Part shown: piece by piece, positions 1-9,293 of the stretch | How positions within the stretch are numbered: the first letter of the stretch is position 1 | Layout of the letters: each line of letters opens with the position of its first letter | Virus record (IMG/VR): IMGVR_UViG_3300049899_000550 | Coordinates: 701 to 64,700 of that record | Length of the DNA stretch: 64,000 nt | From: a virus | Taxonomy: Duplodnaviria; Caudoviricetes | Reading direction: 5' to 3' (one strand) | Program-made: the position numbers and the translations under genes | The notes under the pieces: generated by a model | Told to the model about the DNA's origin: nothing | The model's database searches: none | What the model saw: only the letters and a program-made list of their open reading frames with translations

Positions 1-354
1 CGAGTCCCACTTCTCACTGTTAGGATGACAGCCGGCCTGCCAATCCTCCATTACCCATTTTAATGTAGCACCGGTATCGTTAATATCATCTACAACTAAA
101 ATATTAGTTTGATTAAAAGCATCCTCGGCCATCCAACAGTTTGATTCTGAGCTTTCGTTATCGTCTCTTAAACTAATCTTTAACGTATTCATTGGCACAT
201 CTAAATAATGACTGAGCATTACCGCAGGTGTAAGTCCACCACGTGTTAATCCGACAATGTAATCTGGCATCCATTTATCTTTTTGTAGTTGTCGTGCAAT
301 CTCTAATACTAGAGCTTTAACATCGTTGTTGCTGTAATAAGATTTATCAATCAT
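1..354 (-). CDS. Type I phosphoribosyltransferase (xanthine/hypoxanthine-guanine PRT-like), truncated by the window edge
   Basis: Not in the ORF track. My translation MIDKSYYSNNDVKAL...DYIVGLTRGG...ILVVDDINDTGATL contains the PRPP-binding motif VVDDINDTGAT. Confidence 0.85.
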   Translation of the reverse strand, partial: MIDKSYYSNNDVKALVLEIARQLQKDKWMPDYIVGLTRGGLTPAVMLSHYLDVPMNTLKISLRDDNESSESNCWMAEDAFNQTNILVVDDINDTGATLKWVMEDWQAGCHPNSEKWDS

Positions 355-358
355 GTGC

Positions 359-1051
359 TTATCCTTTGTTAGAAGATTGTAGACTTAGTGTGTCAAAGAA
401 CTCTTTCTTTACCGCAGGCTCTTTCATAAAAGCACCTTTTAAGACAGTGGTTGTTGTTGAACTGTCGTGTGCCATAATACCTCTGTTCTCGCAACAACCA
501 TGCGTCATACGTAAATAAACACCCACGTCATAACTGCCTGTTGCCTTTTGTATTTCACGTGCTATATCATTACATAGCTCTTCTTGTAACGTGCCTCGTC
601 GAGCGCACCATTGTGCCAAACGTGTATACTTGCTTAATCCGATTAATTTGTTTGCTGCCAGTATGCCTATGTATGCTACACCTGCAACTGGTTGGTGATG
701 ATGTGAACAAACAGATTTTAATTCAGAGCGTACAACTAACATACCGTGATAACTATCCTCGCCTTCGTTTGGAAATGCTGTTGCTTTTGGTCTGTTGAAG
801 TAACGTCCTTGCATTAATTCATTTACATACATCTTTGCAAGTCTACGTCCGGTATCCATGCTATTTGGATCGTTGTCTGTGTCAATTACCAAACTGCTTA
901 ATACTTGATCGAAACCTTCTGTTATCTCATCTATTAATAATGCGTGTTCACCATCATTAATATATTCCGAAATATTATCTCCTGCCCAAAACCGTTTGTT
1001 TGTTGCTTTGAGTCTTTCGCGAATCACATCGCTCATTGATTTGTCTGCCAT
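359..1051 (-). CDS. folE: GTP cyclohydrolase I
   Basis: Motifs SVCSHHH, IGLSKYTR, LQEEL, HGCCENRG. Confidence 0.95.
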   Translation of the reverse strand: MADKSMSDVIRERLKATNKRFWAGDNISEYINDGEHALLIDEITEGFDQVLSSLVIDTDNDPNSMDTGRRLAKMYVNELMQGRYFNRPKATAFPNEGEDSYHGMLVVRSELKSVCSHHHQPVAGVAYIGILAANKLIGLSKYTRLAQWCARRGTLQEELCNDIAREIQKATGSYDVGVYLRMTHGCCENRGIMAHDSSTTTTVLKGAFMKEPAVKKEFFDTLSLQSSNKG

Positions 1052-1082
1052 TTAACTTCCTTGAGTTTATCTTTAATAATAT

Positions 1083-1111
1083 ATTGTACATGTATATTTA
1101 GACCTAGTCAA
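1083..1111 (-). promoter_or_regulatory. Sigma70-type promoter for folE with embedded TAAATA
   Basis: TTGACT-17 nt-TACAAT on the minus strand. Confidence 0.7.
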
Positions 1112-1357
1112 CTACAATGTGCTCAGTTCTGTGTATGTGCTGTTGAGAGCTTCAATCATTTCATCTTCTAGACCAAGTCCGTGCAAGTGCGCCGTAACAT
1201 CATGCGAGTTTTCGATTGTCCACTTACTTTTTAGTTTACGCTTTTTGTAGGAATGGTTTGTTGCAGATAAGGAAGCCCACGTTTGTTCTTTGTGGGCTTC
1301 TTCGTACCGTTTCCAAAGTGCAGTTCGGTCACGCTTCCTGCGCTTTGAAAGTGACAT
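1112..1357 (-). CDS. Hypothetical basic protein
   Basis: ORF tiles between its neighbours on the coding strand. Confidence 0.6.
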   Translation of the reverse strand: MSLSKRRKRDRTALWKRYEEAHKEQTWASLSATNHSYKKRKLKSKWTIENSHDVTAHLHGLGLEDEMIEALNSTYTELSTL

Positions 1358-1825
1358 TTATTGTAATTGCATACTTAATGGTAAACGTGCGCCTACACCC
1401 GGGTTATGATCCATATTGACATTAAAGTAATGACCTTGGCTAGCAATAGTTACCATGTAACCTGTTCGCACTTGCTGTGGAACATATACGTCTTTACATA
1501 GCATTTGAGTATTGGCATTATTTGACATATGGTTTGACATACGTGTTCCAACACTACCACCAACTACTACGCCAACTCCTGTTGCAACCATTTGTCCTCT
1601 ACCACCACCAATTTGATTGCCTAGTATTCCACCAACTACTGCACCAAGAATTGAACCACCGTTTAATCCACTGTTATTACCATAACGTGTAACATATTGG
1701 CAACTTGGTTGGGCTGTAACGACTGATTGATAATTTGCAATTACATTTGTTACTCTGCCATATAGTTGATCTGCATTTACTTGAAATGCTGTTAATGCTA
1801 ATAATATTAATATTAATTTTTTCAT
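1358..1825 (-). CDS. Exported glycine-zipper 2TM protein
   Basis: Signal peptide MKKLILILLALTAFQVNA; GGSILGAVVGGILGNQIGGGRG glycine zipper. Start moved to ATG 1825. Confidence 0.8.
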   Translation of the reverse strand: MKKLILILLALTAFQVNADQLYGRVTNVIANYQSVVTAQPSCQYVTRYGNNSGLNGGSILGAVVGGILGNQIGGGRGQMVATGVGVVVGGSVGTRMSNHMSNNANTQMLCKDVYVPQQVRTGYMVTIASQGHYFNVNMDHNPGVGARLPLSMQLQ

Positions 1826-1844
1826 AATAATTATACTCCGTTGT

Positions 1845-2129
1845 TTATTTACTTGAAATGCTTGCGCCACCTGCAAAAAATGCAGCGCCTAGCCAAAAAC
1901 CAAAGTCATACCAGCCACCGTTGTTGTAAACAGAATATACTGCTATCTCATCTGAAAATAACGATCCAATCCATGCAAAGGTAAATGTTAGTCCATTCCA
2001 TAATCCAAACCAGAAACCGTCTGGTTTAATTAAGTCGTCTTGCATACCTGCCGCTTGAGTAAAAGTTACACTGTCTGCGCAACCTGTTAAGACTAGTAAT
2101 GCAAATAATAAAAATATAATCTTATTCAT
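1845..2129 (-). CDS. Small membrane lipoprotein
   Basis: Lipobox LLVLTGC followed by hydrophobic segments. Confidence 0.7.
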   Translation of the reverse strand: MNKIIFLLFALLVLTGCADSVTFTQAAGMQDDLIKPDGFWFGLWNGLTFTFAWIGSLFSDEIAVYSVYNNGGWYDFGFWLGAAFFAGGASISSK

Positions 2130-2716
2130 GTTCTTCGCCCTATAGTTATGTTTCTTAAATCTGGATACACTAGCTTTTTATCTACTGGCTTATAATTACT
2201 TAGTAATTTTAGCCCTAGCTCTGCATCCTCGATTGTTGGTTTATAATGATATCCAACTTCAAATACTTCCTGTTCGTGCCACGGTTTAATGCTTAAATCT
2301 CTACCGTCATAGCGTTGTTTGATAATATGCTCATAAGCTACTTTATTATCCAGTATTATAGCACCTCCGCGCCCAAAAGTCAACGGTTTATTGTGGCCAA
2401 AGCTAACACATTGATATTGTTTAGATTTGTACATATTAGGCTCTAATAACTGTGCAGAATCCCAGATATTAGTGTTATGAAACTGATATTCTCCGTGCCA
2501 ATGCTCGGAATTATAGCGATATCTTATGCCTAGCTTGTGCATAGTCATAGGAATACTGATATAAGTGAAAGGTGTAAATGTACATTTTTTAACTTGTTCG
2601 TACCGCAAACATAATTCTATTGCGTGGGTACAGCAATCGGTCATTATTGCATATGGGGCGCCTGTGTATTCTGCTAGTGCTATTTCAAATTCTTTAATTT
2701 TATCAAACTTGTTTAT
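2126..2716 (-). CDS. DegT/DnrJ/EryC1-like PLP aminotransferase (short form)
   Basis: FEIALAEYTGAPYAIMTDCCTHAIELCL, WDSA, SFGHNKPL, GRGGAI. The start is uncertain: TTG at 2743 or ATA at 2716 behind GGAG. Confidence 0.8.
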   Translation of the reverse strand: MNKFDKIKEFEIALAEYTGAPYAIMTDCCTHAIELCLRYEQVKKCTFTPFTYISIPMTMHKLGIRYRYNSEHWHGEYQFHNTNIWDSAQLLEPNMYKSKQYQCVSFGHNKPLTFGRGGAIILDNKVAYEHIIKQRYDGRDLSIKPWHEQEVFEVGYHYKPTIEDAELGLKLLSNYKPVDKKLVYPDLRNITIGRRT

Positions 2717-3677
2717 TGTACCATCTCCATGCGCTATCAACAATAGTGTGGATGTCTGAATCTTGTGGTTTCCAATCTAGTAACTTCATTGCTTTGTCTG
2801 CGCTTGCAATTAACTTGTCCGGGTCTCCAGCTCTACGTGCAGCAATATCAAAATCAAAGTGACCAACTACTTGTCTAACCGCATTAATTATTTCTAAGTT
2901 ACTTAGGCCGTTGTTTGTACCTAAGTTTAATTGGTAGTCACCACCTTCATTTAACAGATGCTCAACCATTTTATAATGTGCTTTAGCTAAGTCCGCTACG
3001 TGTATATAATCACGTATACAACTACCATCGAACGTTTTATAATCATCGCCGTACAATGTGAACTTTTTCTTGTTTAACTTTGCTTCTAACAAGCGAGCAA
3101 TGATATGTGACGCGCCTGGACGTTGTCCTAGCTCACTGTCTAAAATATCTGCACCACACGCATTAAAATATCTTAATGCAGCATAAGGCATGTTAGTTGC
3201 TTTGTGTGTATCCTCTAACACTTGTTCTATCATTGCTTTAGTGTGACCGTAAGGACTAATAGGATCGATCTTAGCGGTCTCGTAAACAGGTAATGTTAAC
3301 GGTTCGCCATAAACGCTTGCGCTACTACTAAAAACAAATGCAGGAACCTTATCAAGTGCCTGCACATCATCAATGAAGTTAATAGATTTAGCTACATTGT
3401 TTATGTAATATCTACTAGGTTTAGCTACACTTTCTGGAACACTTGTAAATCCTGCACAATGAACAACAGCATCTGGCATCTCTTCTATGAGTGTGCTATA
3501 AGTCTCATCAGAATCAAAATCATTTAAAACAGAACGAGTAGCGTACTTCTCGGCATCATCGTTAACTCGCCAATCAACTATAACTACGTTCCAGTTTTGT
3601 TGTGCAAAGTATTTGACGATGTGCGAGCCAATGTAACCACAGCCGCCTGTTACTAATACTGTCTTTTTATCAGTCAT
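2703..3677 (-). CDS. galE: UDP-glucose 4-epimerase
   Basis: VTGGCGYIGSH, FSSSASVYG, YGHTK, LRYFNACGA, CIRDYIHV, RRAGDP. Confidence 0.93.
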   Translation of the reverse strand: MTDKKTVLVTGGCGYIGSHIVKYFAQQNWNVVIVDWRVNDDAEKYATRSVLNDFDSDETYSTLIEEMPDAVVHCAGFTSVPESVAKPSRYYINNVAKSINFIDDVQALDKVPAFVFSSSASVYGEPLTLPVYETAKIDPISPYGHTKAMIEQVLEDTHKATNMPYAALRYFNACGADILDSELGQRPGASHIIARLLEAKLNKKKFTLYGDDYKTFDGSCIRDYIHVADLAKAHYKMVEHLLNEGGDYQLNLGTNNGLSNLEIINAVRQVVGHFDFDIAARRAGDPDKLIASADKAMKLLDWKPQDSDIHTIVDSAWRWYNKQV

Positions 3678-3810
3678 AATTTCTCTTTAGATTATCAAAT
3701 GTTTCACGTGCTCTGATATTGTGCTGTATCTTATTATCAAAATACGAAACTATTATCGCTGCGCCTTCAACGAGTAGGCCAACTAGAATACACCCAAGTA
3801 CAAAATTCAT
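3670..3810 (-). CDS. Small membrane protein (46 aa)
   Basis: My translation MNFVLGCILVGLLVEGAAIIVSYF...; TAATG coupling to the upstream gene. Confidence 0.55.
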   Translation of the reverse strand: MNFVLGCILVGLLVEGAAIIVSYFDNKIQHNIRARETFDNLKRNYD

Positions 3811-4982
3811 TAGTACTTGAAACCTCTAGTATGTTTTCTATAGTCGGCGCCCGAGCGTAACCATTGATTACCTGTGCCTTCCATAATGTCAATGCAACGA
3901 TCTATTGTACCATTGTTCCAATCGCTTATCTTGCCTTGATTAACATGTGGCGCTTCTAATAAAAATTCTAACTTATCAACAGCATCCTCGACACTCCAAG
4001 GAACATACATACGTTCTGCATCGTTAGCGAACGTTTCTGGAAACGATCTGTAAGCAGGATATAATACATTACAACCTAACGCATCACCTTCACTAACAGT
4101 ATTACTAACCCAGTCTTGCAATGCACAATTAAAAACAACTCTACTATCGTTTAACAATTCGTAGTATTGATTCTTTTCTAATCCTTGATGCACTACTAAG
4201 TCACCTTGCGTACACATTTTCTTTGTACGTGCCATGTAACTATTATTGTTAGACTTTAGTTCGCCGCCACTTAACACACAGAACTCAATCATATCTTTAC
4301 CGTGTCTATTATGATATTCATCAATAACATCCATGTAAAAGTCTGGTTGTTTTTCTTGGTCCCAACGTGCTGAAAATACAACTCGTCTAGCACGTTCGTT
4401 AAAAGGTTTAGTATTAGGTACACGTTCCTGCACTTCTTCTTTACCAAATGCCAGTCCGGATATGTTATAAATGTCTGCTTCCCACCCTGCTATACGCATG
4501 TGGGCAACCATCTCTTCGTTTGTAGCTAGGATAGTTGCAAATTGATTGACCATTTGCTCGTACTGTCCCATCCACTTACCCATACCCCAAACATGGACAA
4601 AGTCATCAGGGTCAATGCTTTGTGCTAAACAACGAACATAGACCTTAGGACGCATGTCTTCTGGTACTTGATTAATAATGTAAGGAAGACTTTCAATACC
4701 AGGAGTAAACATATCTTCGAAAAAGATAACATCCTCTCCTGTTACTTTACCTTCCTTCATTAGCTTAACAAGGTTAGCTAACTGTGTCATAGAGTAATAA
4801 CTGCGACCATGTGCATCTAGCACTTGTCCAGTTACTATAGCTTCGCTGTCGTCTAAGGTTTCGCCTCGTACAATTTCAAAGTCTATACCGCGCCTCTTAA
4901 AGACACGTGTACTCCAATCTTCTAATTGATAGGTGTATCTACCAACGTATTTTTCCAAATTCATGTAATACAACTTTCGCAT
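3810..4982 (-). CDS. GT-B fold (GT4-like) glycosyltransferase
   Basis: VVFSARWDQEKQPD and ALQDWVSNTVSEGDALGC resemble the GT4 acceptor/nucleotide-binding motifs. Confidence 0.75.
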   Translation of the reverse strand: MRKLYYMNLEKYVGRYTYQLEDWSTRVFKRRGIDFEIVRGETLDDSEAIVTGQVLDAHGRSYYSMTQLANLVKLMKEGKVTGEDVIFFEDMFTPGIESLPYIINQVPEDMRPKVYVRCLAQSIDPDDFVHVWGMGKWMGQYEQMVNQFATILATNEEMVAHMRIAGWEADIYNISGLAFGKEEVQERVPNTKPFNERARRVVFSARWDQEKQPDFYMDVIDEYHNRHGKDMIEFCVLSGGELKSNNNSYMARTKKMCTQGDLVVHQGLEKNQYYELLNDSRVVFNCALQDWVSNTVSEGDALGCNVLYPAYRSFPETFANDAERMYVPWSVEDAVDKLEFLLEAPHVNQGKISDWNNGTIDRCIDIMEGTGNQWLRSGADYRKHTRGFKY

Positions 4983-4991
4983 AAAATCTCC

Positions 4992-5072
4992 CTAAAAACC
5001 TATTAAATATGCTTCTGTCGAGTGTCCTAACTCAGTGCCACCACAAAAAGGGCAAGGTTTTAATTCCTGCAC
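4992..5072 (-). pseudogene. Truncated Lar-like (restriction alleviation) zinc-ribbon remnant, 26 aa
   Basis: GTG start right after the upstream stop gives MQELKPCPFCGG...; the second CxxC is missing. Confidence 0.45.
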
Positions 5073-5073
5073 G

Positions 5074-5277
5074 TTATTTTTGCCTACGTTTCGCCTGTTC
5101 GGCTTGTTGTTCCTGTCGTCTAACTTGACGCTTCCTGCGGCGTTCCTGCCACGCTTTGTATTGCGGACTCTTGTATAAGTGAGCCTCGTTATACTCAATC
5201 ATATTAAACCGGCAATAGTTCAACCAGCTTTCTAGATCGTTAAAAATCCTACGTACTTCGTTTTTTAGTTTTGCCAC
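5074..5277 (-). CDS. Hypothetical protein
   Basis: ORF with SD (AGGAG) on the coding strand. Confidence 0.7.
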   Translation of the reverse strand: MAKLKNEVRRIFNDLESWLNYCRFNMIEYNEAHLYKSPQYKAWQERRRKRQVRRQEQQAEQAKRRQK

Positions 5278-5304
5278 TGTTATTCTCCTTGTGGTGACAG
5301 ATAG

Positions 5305-5718
5305 TTAGGTACAAGACCCAACTGTGGAATATTCAAGTAAACACCCGCACTCACCGTCTTCTGAAATCTCAATTTTCATATTACGACCTGGGTATTTGTT
5401 TGAAATATGTAGATGTAAATCGTCTGCTAGCATCTCAACACTTTTATTGTTAATGTCAAGTTCGCCATCAAATTTGCTTTCACAGTATTTTAATACTTGA
5501 TGAAATTCTAATTCTCTATCATTGTGCTGAACTTCTATTTGCACTTTGAATTTAAATAGATGTCTGTGGTGACTACCGAGATACTTTACATCATGTAATT
5601 TAGGATCTGTTTGTGCATCTGGGTAATAATGGAAACCGGCTTTTTGGAATGTTACCCAAATCCACCGCGTTGTTAGGTGCTTTGTTAATTCGAATTGTTC
5701 ACGTTCTTCTTTATTCAT
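5305..5718 (-). CDS. QueD/6-pyruvoyl-tetrahydropterin synthase-like T-fold protein
   Basis: F-x4-H...HRHLFKFKVQIEV...ELEF...SVEMLA pattern; lies in the folE/tgt neighbourhood. Confidence 0.65.
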   Translation of the reverse strand: MNKEEREQFELTKHLTTRWIWVTFQKAGFHYYPDAQTDPKLHDVKYLGSHHRHLFKFKVQIEVQHNDRELEFHQVLKYCESKFDGELDINNKSVEMLADDLHLHISNKYPGRNMKIEISEDGECGCLLEYSTVGSCT

Positions 5719-5757
5719 AACGTTATACTTATTTGTTGAAGTTATTAATATTTATAT

Positions 5758-5786
5758 ATTATAGCATTGCTATAAAAATTTGTCAA
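5758..5786 (-). promoter_or_regulatory. Consensus sigma70 promoter followed by T4-late TATAAATA (5749-5756)
   Basis: TTGACA-17 nt-TATAAT. Confidence 0.85.
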
Positions 5787-5977
5787 ACCTTTTTGGTATA
5801 ATCTTTTACCCATGCCATAATTTGGACTGCTCCTTCAAATGCTTTCTTAATTTCCGGAAAGGCATCGTGTATGCTTACTCTGTCATAATTTCTAACACTA
5901 TGCAAGGCGTGGTACTTGTCTAGTATACGTTCGTATTCTTCCCATGCTAAGATAACCCTAGTATCAACTATCTTCAT
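5783..5977 (-). CDS. Hypothetical protein
   Basis: ORF track; tiles with neighbours. Confidence 0.6.
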   Translation of the reverse strand: MKIVDTRVILAWEEYERILDKYHALHSVRNYDRVSIHDAFPEIKKAFEGAVQIMAWVKDYTKKV

Positions 5978-6097
5978 TTTCTTTTAGCTGTTCTTTTAAA
6001 CATCGAATATCTTCTAGCAGATTGAACACAAGCGTTTCTTTATCTGTGTCGTAAATCTCATCTTCGGTCCTGTTTTCGGACCACAGTGGTTGTTTAT

Positions 6098-6412
6098 TCA
6101 TTTTATCTGTAAGCTTTCTATTGTGATAATTTTTGCTAATTCCTCACCTAAGTTCATACCATCTGTTATAATATATAGTTGCTCGTGGCTTGTAGGAGTA
6201 TCGTTATCTTCGTAACGAAATTCTATAGCGGTACCGCCATTTGCAGGAAACACACGCAATCGGAAATTTTTAGTGTATAGTGCGTCTCCGCCGCCACCAA
6301 CAGACTGTTTTGTTGATGTAAGATTATAGTCTATGTTTTCCTGTTCACAAACCTCGTCGTTGGGTCTTATAAAGTTAGATACACGATATCTCATTATTTT
6401 AAATAAATTCAT
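6098..6412 (-). CDS. Hypothetical protein
   Basis: Start moved to ATG 6412 (ATGA overlap with the upstream stop). Confidence 0.65.
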   Translation of the reverse strand: MNLFKIMRYRVSNFIRPNDEVCEQENIDYNLTSTKQSVGGGGDALYTKNFRLRVFPANGGTAIEFRYEDNDTPTSHEQLYIITDGMNLGEELAKIITIESLQIK

Positions 6413-6924
6413 TTTATTACCTCGTCCAGTGTATACTGCGACCATCCTGTAAAGGTATCGTTATTTAATAAATCTTGTATTTTGTGACACCATACACCTG
6501 GGTTAGTTTTATCAAACCCTGTGTCGTCAAGTTTAAGCATTGCATTATGATTCCATGCTGTAATGTTTGGCAATGCTACTGTTATCTGTGGAATAAACGT
6601 GCCAGACAAGTTCATGTCACTTGCAAGTACTTTTTCGGAAAGTGTGTTGGGAATGTCCAACGAACACCAATGACCTCTGTGTAAAAAGTATGTTATCATG
6701 CCTTCCCAACCGTCCCATCTCTCAGTGCAACATGCAGGACTAAAACTTTGATTAGCACCAAAGAAGATATTGTCAATGCTAGGATCGGCATCTAGTTGTT
6801 CTTGTATATCACCTATAGGCTGCACACCAACAACAAACAATGTTTGGTGTCCGTACATTATTGTCTGTTCTACTTCTTTACCTACCCAGTACGTAGACTG
6901 ATCATATTCTTCTGCTTTATTCAT
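6409..6924 (-). CDS. Hypothetical protein within the modification cluster
   Basis: 171-aa ORF coupled to both neighbours; no motif assigned. Confidence 0.7.
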   Translation of the reverse strand: MNKAEEYDQSTYWVGKEVEQTIMYGHQTLFVVGVQPIGDIQEQLDADPSIDNIFFGANQSFSPACCTERWDGWEGMITYFLHRGHWCSLDIPNTLSEKVLASDMNLSGTFIPQITVALPNITAWNHNAMLKLDDTGFDKTNPGVWCHKIQDLLNNDTFTGWSQYTLDEVIK

Positions 6925-7718
6925 TTTAAATGCTCTATCATTCTGTCGAAGTTGTTGTTAATTAAATTAGCAAGTTTATAAGAACTAAAATGTGTATCTT
7001 TCATTTCGTCAATCATACTATCAAAGTTATCTTCTAATACAGTAGAGTTAGGATTTAAATTAGTAACTACACCGAGACCTGTTGGGTATGCAGATAGTGT
7101 TGCAATTTTTAAGTCTGGACGATATTTTTGTAATATCGGCATCATCTTCCATGTGTCACCTGCCCAGTAAGTTGTATTCCATTCGCGTGTTGCTGTTGCT
7201 GCTACTGCTGGTGCAACGTCATGAAATAGTATAATAGAATCTTCACAGCATGACTTCTCCACATTAATAAAATCACGCAAGGCCTGTTCATAATAATGTA
7301 GTCCGTCGATAAATGCTAAATCAATTTTTCCATTGAATATTTTTTTCGGATCATTATCAGCAAAAAACTGATCACTTTCTGCTTTAAATATTTGAACCCA
7401 TGCATTAGTTCCATACACAATTTTAGGTTCGGGGTCAACACCGATAGCTTTAGTGTCGCCACGTGCAAACTGTAACGACTGTCCCGACTCTACACCAATT
7501 TCGATATAAGATTTTGGATTCATTTGTGCGTGGAACCATTGTAGCCAATCTAAATATGTTGGCCCTGGCATAGCGTCTGTTGTTAGTTTATCGTGTATTT
7601 GACGTTGTAGTTCTTTAAGGTGGTCGCTGTCTTGATCAGCCCTAAGTTGATCACAAAGTGCATCAGCGTCTTTAAAATTACCACGCTTCATTAGTGTTTT
7701 TAAATTTTTCGAATTCAT
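6921..7718 (-). CDS. Class I SAM-dependent methyltransferase (Methyltransf_24-like)
   Basis: YIEIGVESGQS, GVDP, DLAFIDGLHYYE, ILFHD. Confidence 0.85.
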   Translation of the reverse strand: MNSKNLKTLMKRGNFKDADALCDQLRADQDSDHLKELQRQIHDKLTTDAMPGPTYLDWLQWFHAQMNPKSYIEIGVESGQSLQFARGDTKAIGVDPEPKIVYGTNAWVQIFKAESDQFFADNDPKKIFNGKIDLAFIDGLHYYEQALRDFINVEKSCCEDSIILFHDVAPAVAATATREWNTTYWAGDTWKMMPILQKYRPDLKIATLSAYPTGLGVVTNLNPNSTVLEDNFDSMIDEMKDTHFSSYKLANLINNNFDRMIEHLK

Positions 7719-7741
7719 TGTTTGCCTCTAGTTATAATATA

Positions 7742-7770
7742 ATAATACACGTCTGCATCGTGTTAGTCAA
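7742..7770 (-). promoter_or_regulatory. Sigma70-type promoter
   Basis: TTGACT-17 nt-TATTAT. Confidence 0.65.
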
Positions 7771-8041
7771 GTAAAGTCTCTTCATTTAATGTTCCTTTTA
7801 ATGTTAATAATGTAAATGTTTGGCAGTCGATATATTTAAAAAGTTCTACCGCTGGTTCTCCAGCTAAACCATATATCCTACGTATTCCTTTGTGTCCGTA
7901 ACAGCCCCATAATATTTTGTTTGTTATAGCACATCGCTTTGGTAATATAAAGAAATAATCTAACCATTCAAATCTTGGCGCCGATTCCCATGTTGCTGGA
8001 GTATAATTAATCATACTCTGTAATACTTTAAATAGTTTCAA
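7763..8041 (-). CDS. Hypothetical protein, paralog family A
   Basis: FFILPKRC...ILW...YI motif shared with three nearby ORFs. Confidence 0.65.
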   Translation of the reverse strand: MKLFKVLQSMINYTPATWESAPRFEWLDYFFILPKRCAITNKILWGCYGHKGIRRIYGLAGEPAVELFKYIDCQTFTLLTLKGTLNEETLLD

Positions 8042-8282
8042 GTGCTCTGTATTCCCAAGTCCACCAGTAATGAGAATAACTCTGTTTGGTGTGTATGTTT
8101 CTGCGTGTTCCTGTATGCCTTGTTCCTTTGCGTTCTATATATCCGAACCATACACATTGTTCATTGTTTATTCTTCTCGGTAACAATGCAAAGTGAGAAT
8201 GCCAGTTTCGTAATCTTTCGTATTTTTCATCTCTTGCTCTATCTAGTCTCTGGAACAACGGCTCGCCACAATTAAATTGCAT
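8028..8282 (-). CDS. Hypothetical protein, paralog family A
   Basis: FALLPRRI...CVW...YI. Confidence 0.65.
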   Translation of the reverse strand: MQFNCGEPLFQRLDRARDEKYERLRNWHSHFALLPRRINNEQCVWFGYIERKGTRHTGTRRNIHTKQSYSHYWWTWEYRALETI

Positions 8283-8661
8283 CGGTCTTCTCCTTACGCT
8301 CTTTTCTTGCGATCTTTTCCTGTGCTTTGTCTTTTAAATGTCTTTTACACTTGTTCCAAAACTTAGCATCGGTTATAGGATATACGTTAATCTTTAATCC
8401 GATATGTCTTTCTATAATGTCGCGGTCAACTAAATTATCCCATGCGCCATTGTCAATAACACTAATAGCGGCTAAACGTTCTAACCATTTATCAACATTC
8501 TTTTCGGTAATGCTGCCAAGGTCAACTGCAATAGATGCCCATATTAAAGAGTCGGTTGCTTTATTAAGTTGGAACATGTCTTTGCCATCTTCGTCTGTTC
8601 CGTCTTTAACCCACAAGTCATCAAAATCTTCTATTTTACTAATATCCCAATTTAAACTCAT
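8272..8661 (-). CDS. Hypothetical protein
   Basis: ORF with SD, tiles with neighbours. Confidence 0.7.
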   Translation of the reverse strand: MSLNWDISKIEDFDDLWVKDGTDEDGKDMFQLNKATDSLIWASIAVDLGSITEKNVDKWLERLAAISVIDNGAWDNLVDRDIIERHIGLKINVYPITDAKFWNKCKRHLKDKAQEKIARKERKEKTDAI

Positions 8662-8672
8662 TGTACTATCTC

Positions 8673-8948
8673 CTAATTATCGATATAATAATCTTCTATA
8701 TAATGTTTGCCACGCTTAAGCTTGTCTGTTAATAACAGATACGTATATTCTTCAGCAGTTATATACTCTCTCATATATTCTTTTGTAAGGCCACTTATTC
8801 CAGGCCTATTTGATTGAGTTATATGTCTGTAGCCAGTTGTTAACCATAACCATTCGCCTGTATGCATACTTACTCTAGGGATTAGAAAAAAGTGTTTCTT
8901 CCATATATGGTTAACAACTCGTATTATGTTACCGTTATCTATGCCCAT
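8673..8948 (-). CDS. Hypothetical protein, paralog family A
   Basis: FFLIPRV...WLW...YITAEEYT. Confidence 0.65.
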   Translation of the reverse strand: MGIDNGNIIRVVNHIWKKHFFLIPRVSMHTGEWLWLTTGYRHITQSNRPGISGLTKEYMREYITAEEYTYLLLTDKLKRGKHYIEDYYIDN

Positions 8949-9214
8949 TATTTAAAGTAATCCTCTTTTAATATACGCATAGTGAGTTCTTCTTCTGTTA
9001 TGTATTTTAGCTCAACACCAAATGCTGTTTTATGTCGAGATTTTAATATGTAGCCACACCATACTCTTGTGCCATATATTGTTGTCTTAGGAAAGAATGT
9101 AAATTCTTTGTGCCACGTAACAGGATCTGCCCACTTGATATAATTACCTGGCGCGGCACCTTTGCGATGTCTGCCCATTGATCTTGGTTTAGGACCTTCG
9201 CCAAATCCACCCAT
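8948..9214 (-). CDS. Hypothetical protein, paralog family A
   Basis: FTFFPKT...RVW...YITEEELT. Confidence 0.65.
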   Translation of the reverse strand: MGGFGEGPKPRSMGRHRKGAAPGNYIKWADPVTWHKEFTFFPKTTIYGTRVWCGYILKSRHKTAFGVELKYITEEELTMRILKEDYFK

Positions 9215-9264
9215 AGTATCTTACCCGCCTTTTTTTGCTTTGTATAGTTCCAGCTCATTAATAC

Positions 9265-9293
9265 ATATTACACGCTTTTGGTTAAAATGTCAA
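9265..9293 (-). promoter_or_regulatory. Sigma70-type promoter
   Basis: TTGACA-17 nt-TAATAT. Confidence 0.65.
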
